Positions 1-9,626 of a stretch of 64,000 nucleotides of DNA are shown piece after piece. Numbering within the stretch: the stretch's first letter is position 1; each line of letters begins with the position of its first letter. Below the pieces are notes generated by a model. The model was not told the origin of the DNA and searched no databases. It saw nothing but the letters and a program-made list of their open reading frames with translations. The stretch lies in the NCBI GenBank assembly GCA_041690355.1, contig JAWLHK010000015.1, positions 1-64,000 on the forward strand, in the 5' to 3' direction. Position numbers and translations under genes: made by a program. The DNA is from a bacterium. Lineage in GTDB: Bacteria; J088; JAWLBW01.

Positions 1-374
1 GCGATGGCGTGCAGGTCACGACGGGAGAGGAGAAGGTCGCCGCCTGATCGAATTTACACACAATTTGACGGAAGCTCTAGAATTCGGTCGACAGTATATG
101 TGCCCTGCCTTGAAACTAAGGTTAGGCAAAAGCGAGGGCCTGGAACTATTCTTTAAGACTTGGATTCTCTAGCCAGTAACCACTAGCTCATTGATTTCAG
201 CCGCTAGTTTTTGTTTTTCTTGGCAGAACCATTTTTTACACCAAGTCCTCTGGTTTGAACTGCGGCCTCCTCCAGCCCAATATCGCCCCTTCACGGAGGG
301 TATATGTTCTAGAATCGACCTATGCTTGGCCTGTTCATCGCTTACGCAGGGCGTTAGACGGCTTTGTTGCAATT

Positions 375-403
375 ACTATACTGGGAGGCCGCTGGGAAGG
401 CAA
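375..403 (-). promoter_or_regulatory. sigma70-like promoter in duplicated module (copy 1)
   Basis: Minus strand TTGCCT-N17-TATAGT; both hexamers conserved in the second copy at 9532..9561. Confidence 0.5.
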
Positions 404-605
404 AGCCCTTAGATATTCGAGCGGCCTTCCAGAGGACTAGGGCTGGGAAAAGGAGAGGCTGGGGGCGCGGCAGGGAGTGGGAGACAAAGCAAGGGCGAAA
501 CAAGAGCCAGACAAGGGCTGCGAGGTTGCTCTTGGTGCTCTCCGCGGCTCCGCGCTGAAAGGTCTTTAAGGCGAGCAGCACGGCGGTCCGGCCGGTTCCG
601 GGCCG

Positions 606-884
606 ATGGCCCGCAAGGGGCGCCAGGCCGTGGTGCACTATACCGGCTGGCTCACGAACGGCCGCAAGTTCGACAGCTCGCGCGGCCGCAACCCCTTCAC
701 GTTTCTGCTCGGCGCCGGCCCGGTTATCAAAGGCTCTGACGCGGGCGTCAACGGCATGAAGGTCGGCGAAATCCGCAAGCTCACCATCCCCCCGCACCTG
801 GGCTACGGCGCCCGTGGCGCGGGCGGCGTGATTCCGCCCAATGCGACGCTGGTGTTCGAGGTGGAGCTGCTCGAGGTGAAGTGA
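606..884 (+). pseudogene. FKBP-type peptidyl-prolyl isomerase, probably 5'-truncated
   Basis: [36 protein letters not shown] motifs; in-frame TAA at 567-569 and the first FKBP strand appears missing. Confidence 0.65.
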
Positions 885-903
885 GGGGAGGGGGGGAGCC
901 CTC

Positions 904-1226
904 TCACAACTTCTTACGACTTTCGCGTGCTCCCGTGCGGCCACGTGTCAAAAAGCGCTGCTTTCGAGCAGCGCTTTTTGTTTTTGGGGGGCTACTTCCC
1001 CGTTCCGGCTGCGGAGCGAGGCTTCCAGTCGATCCGCGGGCTTTCCCGTGCGCCGCGCAATCTTTCAGATAGAAGCTGTTGAGGGTCTGGTACGGAATCT
1101 CCACCTCTTCGGCGAGATTCTTGAAGTAGGTCAACGTATCTTCGTCGATACGTATGGTGACCTGCTTCTTCAGCCGCCTGGCGTACGGATTCTTCCGCGC
1201 CTCTGAAAGTCGTAGTGCTTTCTCAT
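904..1226 (-). pseudogene. BrnA/CopG-like antitoxin, frameshifted
   Basis: ATG at 1226 reads MRKHYDF, then a 1-nt frameshift leads into EARKNPYARRLKKQVTIRIDEDTLTYFK..IPYQTL; no adjacent toxin gene. Confidence 0.75.
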
Positions 1227-1310
1227 GTTTTCGGCTTGTCCACGGAACCGGGAGCAGCCCAATCCGCCTTCCGGTAAAGGTAGGAGAACCAAGTTTGTTT
1301 GCAGGCCGAG

Positions 1311-1856
1311 CTAGTTTTTGGGAACCGGGTTATCTTGCTTGCCGGTAGAAAAACTTGCTAACTCCATTTTCAACGCTGAGTCACCATATAGTAGCTGAAG
1401 CAACCCGCGTCGCAAAAGCATGTTCTCGTTCTCTATCTGTCCATGTGCTTCTGGTGCGTAAACGCCTTTTTTTACGTGCACCTCATCGAACTCGTAACCA
1501 AGACATTTTCCCATTTCCATCAACAGCGTTGTGAGGCGGTCAACCCGCCTATCTGCCCACTGTTGTTGGGCAGGTTCTCCTGCTTCCTTCGGAAAACTAG
1601 CGAGGTGGTCCAAGTAAGCCTTCCAGGCATCAGTGACGGACTTGTACCGCTTCCCGTGAAATTCAAGATCAATCATGTTCAGAGCCTGTACGTGTTCAGG
1701 CGATACCGTCGCAGCTCGAGTTGCCATCAGTGTCTTGAAGACATGTAGTCTCCTCCCGCGCTCCTCACGAAACACCTCTAGCCACCTCTGCACCTGTACG
1801 GCAACTAATGGCGCAAGCAAAATCGCAAGGATCGATAGTATTTCATTCAAGGTCAC
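1311..1856 (-). CDS. DUF6680-like protein with N-terminal TM helix
   Basis: 181 aa; AILLAPLVAVQVQ..FKTLMATRA..HVQALNMIDLEF pattern; lower GC; GGAG RBS upstream. Confidence 0.7.
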   Translation of the reverse strand: MTLNEILSILAILLAPLVAVQVQRWLEVFREERGRRLHVFKTLMATRAATVSPEHVQALNMIDLEFHGKRYKSVTDAWKAYLDHLASFPKEAGEPAQQQWADRRVDRLTTLLMEMGKCLGYEFDEVHVKKGVYAPEAHGQIENENMLLRRGLLQLLYGDSALKMELASFSTGKQDNPVPKN

Positions 1857-1952
1857 TTCGTTCTCCTATCTCAGAAGCACGCTGATACTAAGGCGCGGCT
1901 GCGGTGAGGACCATCTCTTAAAAGAGCCGGGAGTTGGGCAGTACTTTGCGAA

Positions 1953-2052
1953 ATCTAACGGCCAGCTTTCACCGGCGAGGCTTCAGTTTAATTTGATAGC
2001 TTAGCACGCAACACCGGGTGGGAGCCGTCCGCGTGAGAACTCTCTGCTAGGC
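1953..2052 (+). other. degenerate attC-like site
   Basis: ATCTAAC (RYYYAAC) ... GCTAGGC (near GTTRRRY) with imperfect inner complementarity TTTCACCGG / CCGCGTGAGAA. Confidence 0.4.
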
Positions 2053-2190
2053 GTCTCACATCCTGGTGTCGTCGTGTCCTGCCAGCAATCCAGGAACACA
2101 CTTCAAGTGTTGTCTCACGTGTGCTCTGCTGGGTGGCTCGGGCCGTCGTCGCAACACACAGTACGGAACTAGTGAGTGGGCGTCGGCCGA

Positions 2191-4239
2191 TCACCAGTCC
2201 TCCAGGAGCGCATCGCGCTGCTCGCGGGAGCCGATCGACGACACTTCGACCGCGTGCCGGAGCGAGTTCAGGTACGGCCGCGTGTCGCTGTCGTTCTCAA
2301 GGACGGCAGCGACCTTCCTGATCGCCGGGGGGCTGTGAAGGATCGAGAAGAGCGTCTCCAGCGACGCGTTCTGGTTCTCAAGCAGGCGGGCCATCGCCTT
2401 GGCCAGACGCTCGCACTTGTCCCAATCCCTCCAGTACGACGACGAGGGAGCGTACTCCAGCAGCCACTCCCATTCGTCGTACTCGAGGCGCGAGTTCCCA
2501 GCGGCGTCGTAGGTGGGCTGGAAGCACGATGCGAAGAGTGGCGACTCCAATTTGCCTTCCCAGAACGCCAGCGTCAGACCGAATGCAGCCACCCGCGACG
2601 GGAGTTCCATGGCGGCGGCGGTGCCGGCCTTCCACACCGTCACTAGCCGCGACTGGGTGTACTTTGGGCTCAAGAATCGGCTGCCGAGCGCGAGCTCGGC
2701 GAGCGATGGAGCAGAGAAACTCTCAAGCCACTCGAGCACGGCGTCGCGTTGACCACCGAGAGCGTACCGCCAGGGCCACGAGAGGTGGAGCTTCCCCGAC
2801 GCGATCGCGGTGAGGCATCGAAAGACAGCCGCCTTTCCTCCGAAGCGGATGAGCCCGTCCACCGACACATCGCACCCCGCGGAAATTATGGCGTCTATGA
2901 TCGATGCGCGTTCTTCGTCGGCGAGGTTCATGCCACCAAGCTGCGAGAGAACCTCCCTACTTCGAGCGCCCACTCTTTTCCACAAAATGGGCGATGATGC
3001 GAGTTGGTGGTTCGCACCAACGATGGTCGGCAGATACGGTGCCTGCGTATCGCCGAAGGATTCGAGGTCGGTCGGCGTGAGTAGGAGCACGGTGGCGTGA
3101 AGTATGCGTTCTCCAACCTCCGTCAGGGGCCCGCCCAAGAGCGATTGGACAAAAATCACAGCGTCCTTTCGAGAGTCCTCAAAGAGCTGCCGCGCCTGTT
3201 CCTCGAGGGTCGTAGCGAACGGGGCGAGGTCGTTCTCTCGATGTCCACTGAGGTCTCGAAGAAGCGCACTTCGCGCAGGGGCGCCGAACTCCGCGTTCGC
3301 CCGGTCGAAGACCATGCCGACGAGTCGATTACGCACGACGGGGTCGAGGTCGTTCGCGGCGAGGACGCTCGCGAGAGCAGTCTGCGCCGACGAGCCTGGT
3401 GCGTTCCATGCGCAGAAAACCGGAGCGAGACTCGGCACCACGCCTCTTGGCGCGCAGGTGCCAGCAGCGGCATCAAGCCATGAGCGAAACGTCGAGTCGC
3501 CTCGCCTGGCGCCTTCAACAAAGAGCTCGACCCAATTCTCAATGGTTCCGGGGGTTCGAAGATCGAGCACGAGCGCCGCGCCTGCGCTCTTGCGAAACTG
3601 CGACGTCGGGACCGCTCGCGGGACAGCCTGAAGGTCCATCAGCGCACCGGCCACAGAGCGGGGCATCAGCGCACCTGTGCAGAACGAGAAGCGGGCCTTG
3701 GCCGTCGGCCAAAGCTCCTCCCACAACCGCAGGATCGAGAGTTCGAGCTGACCAGCATTCTCCACGGTTACGATCACCGGGCGCGCCTGTCCAAGCACAG
3801 CTCCAACAAGAGTGGCGGCCACCGCCGGATCCGCGAATCCGTCGATCTTGCCGCTACCGGCCGCTTCGTCGATCTCAATCGGCATTCTGGCTGCGCTTTC
3901 CACGCCCTCGCGTTGAGGCCGTCGGAACTTCGAGAGGAGGGCCGATGCGGACGTCTGCGATATCTGCTCACGAGACAGCAAGAGGGAGTGGGTCCATACG
4001 CAGCCAGGCCGCTGCATCTCAGGTGCGGACCAAGTCTTGGCGAAGACGAAGAACTCACTCTCCGGCAACGGATATCCAGTGATGTATTCGTCGAAGCCCG
4101 GATACATGGCGGGACCGGACATGTCGCTCAAAATCAGCATCGTCCTTGCAGTGTCGGCGCTGGGCGACAACGAACTGCTCAGCAGGCGATGTCCATCGCG
4201 GTAGCCGTGAATCGCCTGGTGGATGCTCATGGGAGGCAT
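2191..4239 (-). CDS. GTPase-associated protein 1 (GAP1-N1-like) of a predicted conflict system
   Basis: 682 aa; N-terminal HQAIHGYRDGHRLL..SDMSG..GYPL..AKTWSAPEMQRPGCVWTHSLL; last gene of the coupled operon. Confidence 0.75.
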   Translation of the reverse strand: MPPMSIHQAIHGYRDGHRLLSSSLSPSADTARTMLILSDMSGPAMYPGFDEYITGYPLPESEFFVFAKTWSAPEMQRPGCVWTHSLLLSREQISQTSASALLSKFRRPQREGVESAARMPIEIDEAAGSGKIDGFADPAVAATLVGAVLGQARPVIVTVENAGQLELSILRLWEELWPTAKARFSFCTGALMPRSVAGALMDLQAVPRAVPTSQFRKSAGAALVLDLRTPGTIENWVELFVEGARRGDSTFRSWLDAAAGTCAPRGVVPSLAPVFCAWNAPGSSAQTALASVLAANDLDPVVRNRLVGMVFDRANAEFGAPARSALLRDLSGHRENDLAPFATTLEEQARQLFEDSRKDAVIFVQSLLGGPLTEVGERILHATVLLLTPTDLESFGDTQAPYLPTIVGANHQLASSPILWKRVGARSREVLSQLGGMNLADEERASIIDAIISAGCDVSVDGLIRFGGKAAVFRCLTAIASGKLHLSWPWRYALGGQRDAVLEWLESFSAPSLAELALGSRFLSPKYTQSRLVTVWKAGTAAAMELPSRVAAFGLTLAFWEGKLESPLFASCFQPTYDAAGNSRLEYDEWEWLLEYAPSSSYWRDWDKCERLAKAMARLLENQNASLETLFSILHSPPAIRKVAAVLENDSDTRPYLNSLRHAVEVSSIGSREQRDALLEDW

Positions 4240-4242
4240 AGC

Positions 4243-5109
4243 CTACATCTGCTCCAAGAGCCAGGCGATCGGCATGGTGATGTCCTGACTGGCCTCGTTG
4301 CCGTGCAGTACCTTGATTCGTTTTAGTGCGTCGTCCAGATCGAGCAGCGCCTTTTTTTGCTCCCCCACCATAATGTCACCGCCTTGCGCACTCACGCCGA
4401 AAACCGTGTGATCAAGGCGGTCATTGTTCGATTCTAGGAACTGACGCAGCAGCGGCAATTCGCGTGCCATGTACTCGTGCGGCGTTCCCTTGAACGATGC
4501 GTGCTCGACGAGATCCCATGCCGAGAATATTACCGCGACCCGCACCTTGCTCACGGCGCAATCGAGGGCAAACTGCAGCAGTTCGACGAGAGCCACCTGC
4601 GTCGGCAGCTTCTCGATCGACCACGGCTCGCTGGCGCTAAGCGGCGCGCTACCTGCCATAGCGGGCTGGGAAGCATCGTTGAGTATGGTTCTAAGTTGCC
4701 GCGAGTACGTGAGCCTTGTGCCCTCCTTCATCCGAGGGTGGACAAACAGCACGAATCCCGTCGCTCGCTGGATGATCTCGTGGTGGCCAACGGCGATTTT
4801 CCGGTCACTGAGTTGCTGCTCGAACCCCTCACCCGAGAGGTCCGGGACGGTTAGTTCGAAGTCGGAATTGCCGCTCGCAAGGCTAAGAACCACTGACTGC
4901 TCGTGTTCAAGCTTTGTGCGCTGGACTTGGGAACACGCCCGCCAGTCCGTTGCGATCTGGTGGAGGTACGTCCGATCGATGCTAAGCCCCTTGAGCTTCA
5001 GGCGCGTCTCACTGCTGCGGTCATCCAGTACATGCCAGAGCGCTGCTAGGAAGGTCGTTTTCCCCGAGCCCGGCAGACCCATGAAGAGTAGATTTGCTTC
5101 AGCGCTCAA
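4243..5109 (-). CDS. TRAFAC-clade (double-GTPase type) GTPase 2
   Basis: GLPGSGKTT, DLSGE, FSAWD, VSA; TTG start at 5109 after AAGGAGG overlaps the upstream TGA. Confidence 0.8.
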   Translation of the reverse strand: MSAEANLLFMGLPGSGKTTFLAALWHVLDDRSSETRLKLKGLSIDRTYLHQIATDWRACSQVQRTKLEHEQSVVLSLASGNSDFELTVPDLSGEGFEQQLSDRKIAVGHHEIIQRATGFVLFVHPRMKEGTRLTYSRQLRTILNDASQPAMAGSAPLSASEPWSIEKLPTQVALVELLQFALDCAVSKVRVAVIFSAWDLVEHASFKGTPHEYMARELPLLRQFLESNNDRLDHTVFGVSAQGGDIMVGEQKKALLDLDDALKRIKVLHGNEASQDITMPIAWLLEQM

Positions 5110-6041
5110 GACTCCCTCCTTACGGCGTGCCGCCAACCATACTTTGCGAACTCACGGCCGTCGATCGGAGGGTCGTTTTGGAGCGCCGCGTCTGCGCCCA
5201 CAGCGACGGGCGTCGTCCAAGAAATGAAGGCGTCTTCCAAGCCGTCGTTGAGGGAAGCCTGCCTCTGGTCGACTTCGGGTCGTGCGGCGATACGCCGGAA
5301 TCCAAGGTGGGGGACTCGACCCCCGAACTTCGCTCTAAGTTTCTTTTCGGTCCTGTTCAGGAACTCGACGGCTGCTTCACCTGCCTCGATAACGCGATCG
5401 AGTTTCGAGAAGACAAACTCTACCCGGCAGCGGCTCCCGATCATCTTCGCGTCGAGGAAGCTCTCTAAGATGCTTGATGCATCCGACTGTGCGTTCGTCC
5501 TCTGCGCGTTGATGGCGAGCCGCGCACCGTCCACGAGTACGACGACAGTGTTGGCGCGATGGAGGAAGGTCAGTCGCTCGCATTCCTCTCGTGAATACTT
5601 CGCCAGTCGAAAGAATTCCCCTGAGATCGCCGAGAGTAGGACATGGCGCCGCTTCGCAGTGGGATCGGTGCCGCGCAAAGCGAGGTGGTAGTAGGCGGCT
5701 TCGTCGGAAACCCGGGTATGAGGCGTATCAGGGTATTCGCGGCCGGACGCGAGGCGGTTGAGGTAGCAGATTTGTTCGAAGCCAAGCAGCGAGCGCGACC
5801 CTGCGAACTGGAATCCAGCGAACGGACCGTCGCAAAATCGCTCGTAGAGTGAGGCAAGGACCGTCGTCTTTCCACTCTCTGAAGCCCCTGCGAAGACAAC
5901 GAGATGAGCCGGCGATCGCAGGGTAACCGCATCGGCATCCTCGATGCTAAGCTCCTTGCCCGCGTAAACATCGATGAAGGCCGGCGTGGGCTCATCTACC
6001 TGGGCGTTGGCAGCAGACTCTGCGGGAGGGGCACCAGCCAT
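5106..6041 (-). CDS. TRAFAC-clade (double-GTPase type) GTPase 1
   Basis: GASESGKTT Walker A, SAISGE (degenerate G3), FSKLD G4. Confidence 0.8.
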   Translation of the reverse strand: MAGAPPAESAANAQVDEPTPAFIDVYAGKELSIEDADAVTLRSPAHLVVFAGASESGKTTVLASLYERFCDGPFAGFQFAGSRSLLGFEQICYLNRLASGREYPDTPHTRVSDEAAYYHLALRGTDPTAKRRHVLLSAISGEFFRLAKYSREECERLTFLHRANTVVVLVDGARLAINAQRTNAQSDASSILESFLDAKMIGSRCRVEFVFSKLDRVIEAGEAAVEFLNRTEKKLRAKFGGRVPHLGFRRIAARPEVDQRQASLNDGLEDAFISWTTPVAVGADAALQNDPPIDGREFAKYGWRHAVRRES

Positions 6042-6042
6042 A

Positions 6043-7128
6043 TCAGTCCTCTGTGACTGTGAGGGCGCGCAGCAAGACGGCTTCTACGTACGCCTGCTTT
6101 GCAACGACCTTCGGTGAGAGCGGTTTCGTGGCAGCAACGCCGCCGGTCTTCTCGAAGTACTGCTGCCAGTTCGCCGTACCACTCTTTGCCCGCTGCAATA
6201 GAGCGAGCGACAATGGCGTGAGGTCCAACGCGTGCTCGGGTAGGTCAGCGGTCCGTGTCTTCGCCCATTCGTCGGAGACGGCATTCACGTACACGTTGAG
6301 CGGCTGGTCCTTGTTTCTCCCCTTGGTCAAGCTTACGACCCTCTCCAAGAACGCATCGACCTCACGCGGCCCTAAGGCGGCGTCAGTGAGGTCGGCCAGC
6401 TCCCACCCAGCAGTGAGGGGCACCTCGTCTTTCAGCGCATGCCACGGCTTGTGTAGGTCCCGACTGCATCCGCCCTCCAGCCACCACAGGATGTTGGTCT
6501 CCTCATCGGCGCACCGAAGGTCGTGAGCAGCGTCGGCGAGTGCGTCCTCCGAACGATGCACGGCTTTCAATATGGTTTGAAAGGCGGTCGCGAAACTTTG
6601 GCGCAGTTGATTATGATCGGGCATGTTGGTCTCGATCGTCTTCGCGAAGGCTTTCTCTTCCTCGGCGGTCAGGAGGAGCGAGTCGAAGCCCTTTCGGCGT
6701 CGCTGACGCCTCGCCAGATCCTCGATAGCGGCGAGCACCTCCTGGCTGATCTCCTCCAGAGGGCCTTCCTCTATGCGGAGGCGTGAAGCGGCGATAGCAG
6801 CACCTGCGAGAATTGCCGTGTGCAGGTCGTCGTCCTCTTCATTGCATGTAACAATGTGGACCAGTGTGGCTCCAGCGAGCACCTGCTGCTCAAGTTCGTT
6901 GTTGCGCTGCTGGAAGGCAGGATCGTGCTTGCGAAACGCCGCCAAGAAGGGCTCGCGCGACGCAACCTCAGGCAGTCCCTGAAAGACGCGAACCGTCTCG
7001 AGAACCGCATCGGCCTCGTCGTGGAGGGTCGCGCTCCACTCCTCGACTCCGGCCCAGCGGCTTTTGAGTACGTCACCGTTCGGTTCAATGCGGACCAGCC
7101 GATACCACTCTGCGAAGTTCTTATGCAT
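6043..7128 (-). CDS. GTPase-associated all-helical protein (GASH-like)
   Basis: 361 aa, predicted helical; FAEWY..RWAGVE and EETNILWWL motifs; position between effector and GTPases. Confidence 0.7.
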   Translation of the reverse strand: MHKNFAEWYRLVRIEPNGDVLKSRWAGVEEWSATLHDEADAVLETVRVFQGLPEVASREPFLAAFRKHDPAFQQRNNELEQQVLAGATLVHIVTCNEEDDDLHTAILAGAAIAASRLRIEEGPLEEISQEVLAAIEDLARRQRRRKGFDSLLLTAEEEKAFAKTIETNMPDHNQLRQSFATAFQTILKAVHRSEDALADAAHDLRCADEETNILWWLEGGCSRDLHKPWHALKDEVPLTAGWELADLTDAALGPREVDAFLERVVSLTKGRNKDQPLNVYVNAVSDEWAKTRTADLPEHALDLTPLSLALLQRAKSGTANWQQYFEKTGGVAATKPLSPKVVAKQAYVEAVLLRALTVTED

Positions 7129-7133
7129 GGGCG

Positions 7134-8480
7134 CTACTCTCCGACCTGCGAGTTACGAAAAGGGTTAAAGTGCGTCCGGTCGTCATGGTGCAGTTCGGTC
7201 TCGTCCCACAGCTCTGCGAGACGCCGTGCCTCCACCGCCCGCTGAAAAACCTCGAGGAAGACGGTGTTGGGAGGTAAGGCATCATCGCCCTCGCGCATCA
7301 GCCCAAGTTTCAGCGCGATTTGGTACCGATCAAGCGTCGATAGCCTGAGGAAACGGAACGTGAGTCTCTGCTTGTGGTCCTCCGCACTTGGGCTTGCGAC
7401 GGCACTCGATGTTGCTGTGACTTCCAGCGGAGTGGAAACAGGCCGAGCGACCTGGACAACCTTGGACGCAAGAGACGGCGGACTCGCCGTTGCGGGAATG
7501 CGGCGAGGAAATCCAGGCCACTTGTAGTCGCGATACTCCTCGTCGGTGTTTGGATCGCGTTCTGCGGTGAAGCTCGTCTCAGGCTGGTTCCATCGGCGCT
7601 GATACAATCGCAGACCGATGTGCTCCTCGTCGCGACGTTGGATCTCCAGAACATTGTAGGTGGGGACCCAGGCGAGGTCGCGGCGCTCGGGATGCATGGC
7701 GCCCGCGACAACACGAACCTTGCCATTGATCGCGTCCACCCGCTGGGCGTGCTTGTGCCCGAAGAGCTGGATGTGAACCATGGACTTCAGGTGGTCCTCC
7801 ACGGGATCTTGGTCGAGGAGCCACTCAGGCGGGTGGTGACATAGCGTCAGGTGCAGGACGCCGTTTTCACGCTGCACACCAGCGTAGGCGGTCCCGAGGA
7901 TCATCTTCCCCTTCTCGTCCTCAGCATTCGACACGTAGGCACTGCAGAGACCGCGCATGCGGATCGTCGTACCACACGAGAGACGGAGATCGCGCTGCCA
8001 GTAAGGCGCCTTGGCAGAGATCTCACACCCGTAGGGTTGAGCGAACACGTTGTACTCCGCCAATGGCGCAAGGAGCGCGTTCGCCGACTGGACGTCGGAG
8101 AAATACTCGCGCAGCTTCAAATCGATGGCGGGGCCAGCGAGGACACGGATGCTCTGGTGAAGCATCTTCGTGAACATGCCATTAGCGAGCTTCCGGTTAA
8201 CGTCGTGATTGCCCGGAACGACGGAGACGTGTTGTTCCTCGCATCCGACGGCATCGCAGACCTTGCGCAGCCACTCGGCTGCGTGCTGATACTCCTCCTT
8301 CTTCCCCGAAAAGGCGATGTCGCCGGTGACCAACACGCCGGTGGCAGAACCCAGCCGCTTGGTCAACTCGGTGACGTCCCGGAGCAATTCGTCACGAACG
8401 TTCTGATCGACGTCGTGAACGTTCCCCGACGAGCCGGTGAAATGGATGTCCGAAAGGTGTATGAGGATGAGTTTTTCCAT
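7134..8480 (-). CDS. calcineurin-like metallophosphoesterase with C-terminal helical adaptor domain
   Basis: HLSDIH, TGD, PGNHD, HHP, GHKH motifs; Pro/Ser/Ala linker then a ~70-aa helical tail. Confidence 0.85.
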   Translation of the reverse strand: MEKLILIHLSDIHFTGSSGNVHDVDQNVRDELLRDVTELTKRLGSATGVLVTGDIAFSGKKEEYQHAAEWLRKVCDAVGCEEQHVSVVPGNHDVNRKLANGMFTKMLHQSIRVLAGPAIDLKLREYFSDVQSANALLAPLAEYNVFAQPYGCEISAKAPYWQRDLRLSCGTTIRMRGLCSAYVSNAEDEKGKMILGTAYAGVQRENGVLHLTLCHHPPEWLLDQDPVEDHLKSMVHIQLFGHKHAQRVDAINGKVRVVAGAMHPERRDLAWVPTYNVLEIQRRDEEHIGLRLYQRRWNQPETSFTAERDPNTDEEYRDYKWPGFPRRIPATASPPSLASKVVQVARPVSTPLEVTATSSAVASPSAEDHKQRLTFRFLRLSTLDRYQIALKLGLMREGDDALPPNTVFLEVFQRAVEARRLAELWDETELHHDDRTHFNPFRNSQVGE

Positions 8481-8699
8481 ATAATCAGCCCCTCGAGACC
8501 TTCATCGCGGGGAGCTGAATCAATGCTGGGTAGGTACGTTCCCGCCGGGACTCCATCGCGCTTCTAATGCGGTGGGCAATACTGGCGGCTCTGCGCACGT
8601 ACGATCCACCAGATGCGATTCGAAGTATAGTTTGGTCTGGCATCCTGTCCTCGATATGCATGGAACCCCCTCTCCGCCGGACCTGAGGACGCGGTTTGA

Positions 8700-8745
8700 T
8701 ATCGGGGGCTCGCTTTAGCGAACTCCCTGGGGTGCCTGGTTGGGC
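8700..8745 (-). other. truncated attC-like site at the 3' end of the DUF2971 gene
   Basis: Minus strand GCCCAAC-CAGGCACCCCAG followed by hairpin GGGAGTTCGC-TAAA-GCGAGCCCCC; no R' box found. Confidence 0.4.
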
Positions 8746-9368
8746 GAAGCGAGAGGAGGAACATGGTCTGCGTCTATTCCTTCGTCACCTATCCCGGTTC
8801 TACATAATTCGATTCCTTTGTGGCCGCATATAATGCGCAGCGCCTCAAATAATGCTGGATTCATTCGGTGTCCCGCGATGACGCGTGAAACAGGAGACTC
8901 CAGGCGATACCACTCATTTTCCTGAAGAATTCGCACTTCTTGTTCGTATTGCCACTCGTTGTATTTGGAAGACAGAACTTGCTCCGCCGCCTGAGAGGGG
9001 GAGAGTGTCCCATCAAACGCAACGTAGCCAAAAACTCCACGGTACTCGACATGTTTCACAAACGGTGATTCTTCTGGAAGCTCGACTTCGATGGCTAACC
9101 CATCGAAACCGGATGCGTAATGCGCCCAAAGCAAGTGACAATCGAAAGTCTTTGAAAGGGAGCAAACTTTCAAGCGCTTCTTCTGTCGAACAATTTCGTC
9201 AACGTCCTTTATATAATCGTGCTCGTCTGATGAGCGGTAGGAGTAGACGAACATCCCTTCCATCGGGTCGTTCAAGGTTCGCCAGTCCGAACAATACAAC
9301 CGATTGTTGAAAATAATATCTAATGCAAACGGTATTTGGCTTGAAGCCCGGAATTTGTACGCCTTCAT
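8715..9368 (-). CDS. DUF2971-like protein
   Basis: LNDPMEG, VCSLS..LLWAHYA..G, K..EWQYEQEVR motifs; AT-rich; likely start MKAYKFR at 9368. Confidence 0.8.
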   Translation of the reverse strand: MKAYKFRASSQIPFALDIIFNNRLYCSDWRTLNDPMEGMFVYSYRSSDEHDYIKDVDEIVRQKKRLKVCSLSKTFDCHLLWAHYASGFDGLAIEVELPEESPFVKHVEYRGVFGYVAFDGTLSPSQAAEQVLSSKYNEWQYEQEVRILQENEWYRLESPVSRVIAGHRMNPALFEALRIICGHKGIELCRTGIGDEGIDADHVPPLASPNQAPQGVR

Positions 9369-9387
9369 ATATCCCAATGTATATAAC

Positions 9388-9516
9388 GCATAACCCCTAT
9401 TAAACGACCCCTCGCTGCCTTCGCTCTCCGGCATTGCGCATGCCTTACATGCGGTAGCATCTGTTCGCCTTGCGAACTAGGCTGAACCCTTCCATCACCT
9501 ATGCAGGGCGTTAGGC
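9388..9516 (-). other. degenerate attC-like site upstream of the DUF2971 gene
   Basis: Minus strand GCCTAAC (9510..9516) with candidate R' boxes GTAAGGC (9442..9448) or GTTATGC (9388..9394). Confidence 0.35.
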
Positions 9517-9531
9517 GGTTCTAGTCCAAAT

Positions 9532-9561
9532 ACTATACCGGGAGACCGCTGAGAAAGGCAA
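9532..9561 (-). promoter_or_regulatory. sigma70-like promoter in duplicated module (copy 2)
   Basis: Minus strand TTGCCT-N18-TATAGT pointing at the DUF2971 gene and GTPase operon. Confidence 0.5.
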
Positions 9562-9626
9562 AGCACTTTGGGTACCCACGTAGCTTTCACGCGGACTGGG
9601 GGGACTGGGGAGAGGGGGGACTGGGG

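Noticed and set aside
1-340. Short ORFs at the window start
   Set aside because: No recognisable motifs; probably fragments or intergenic DNA
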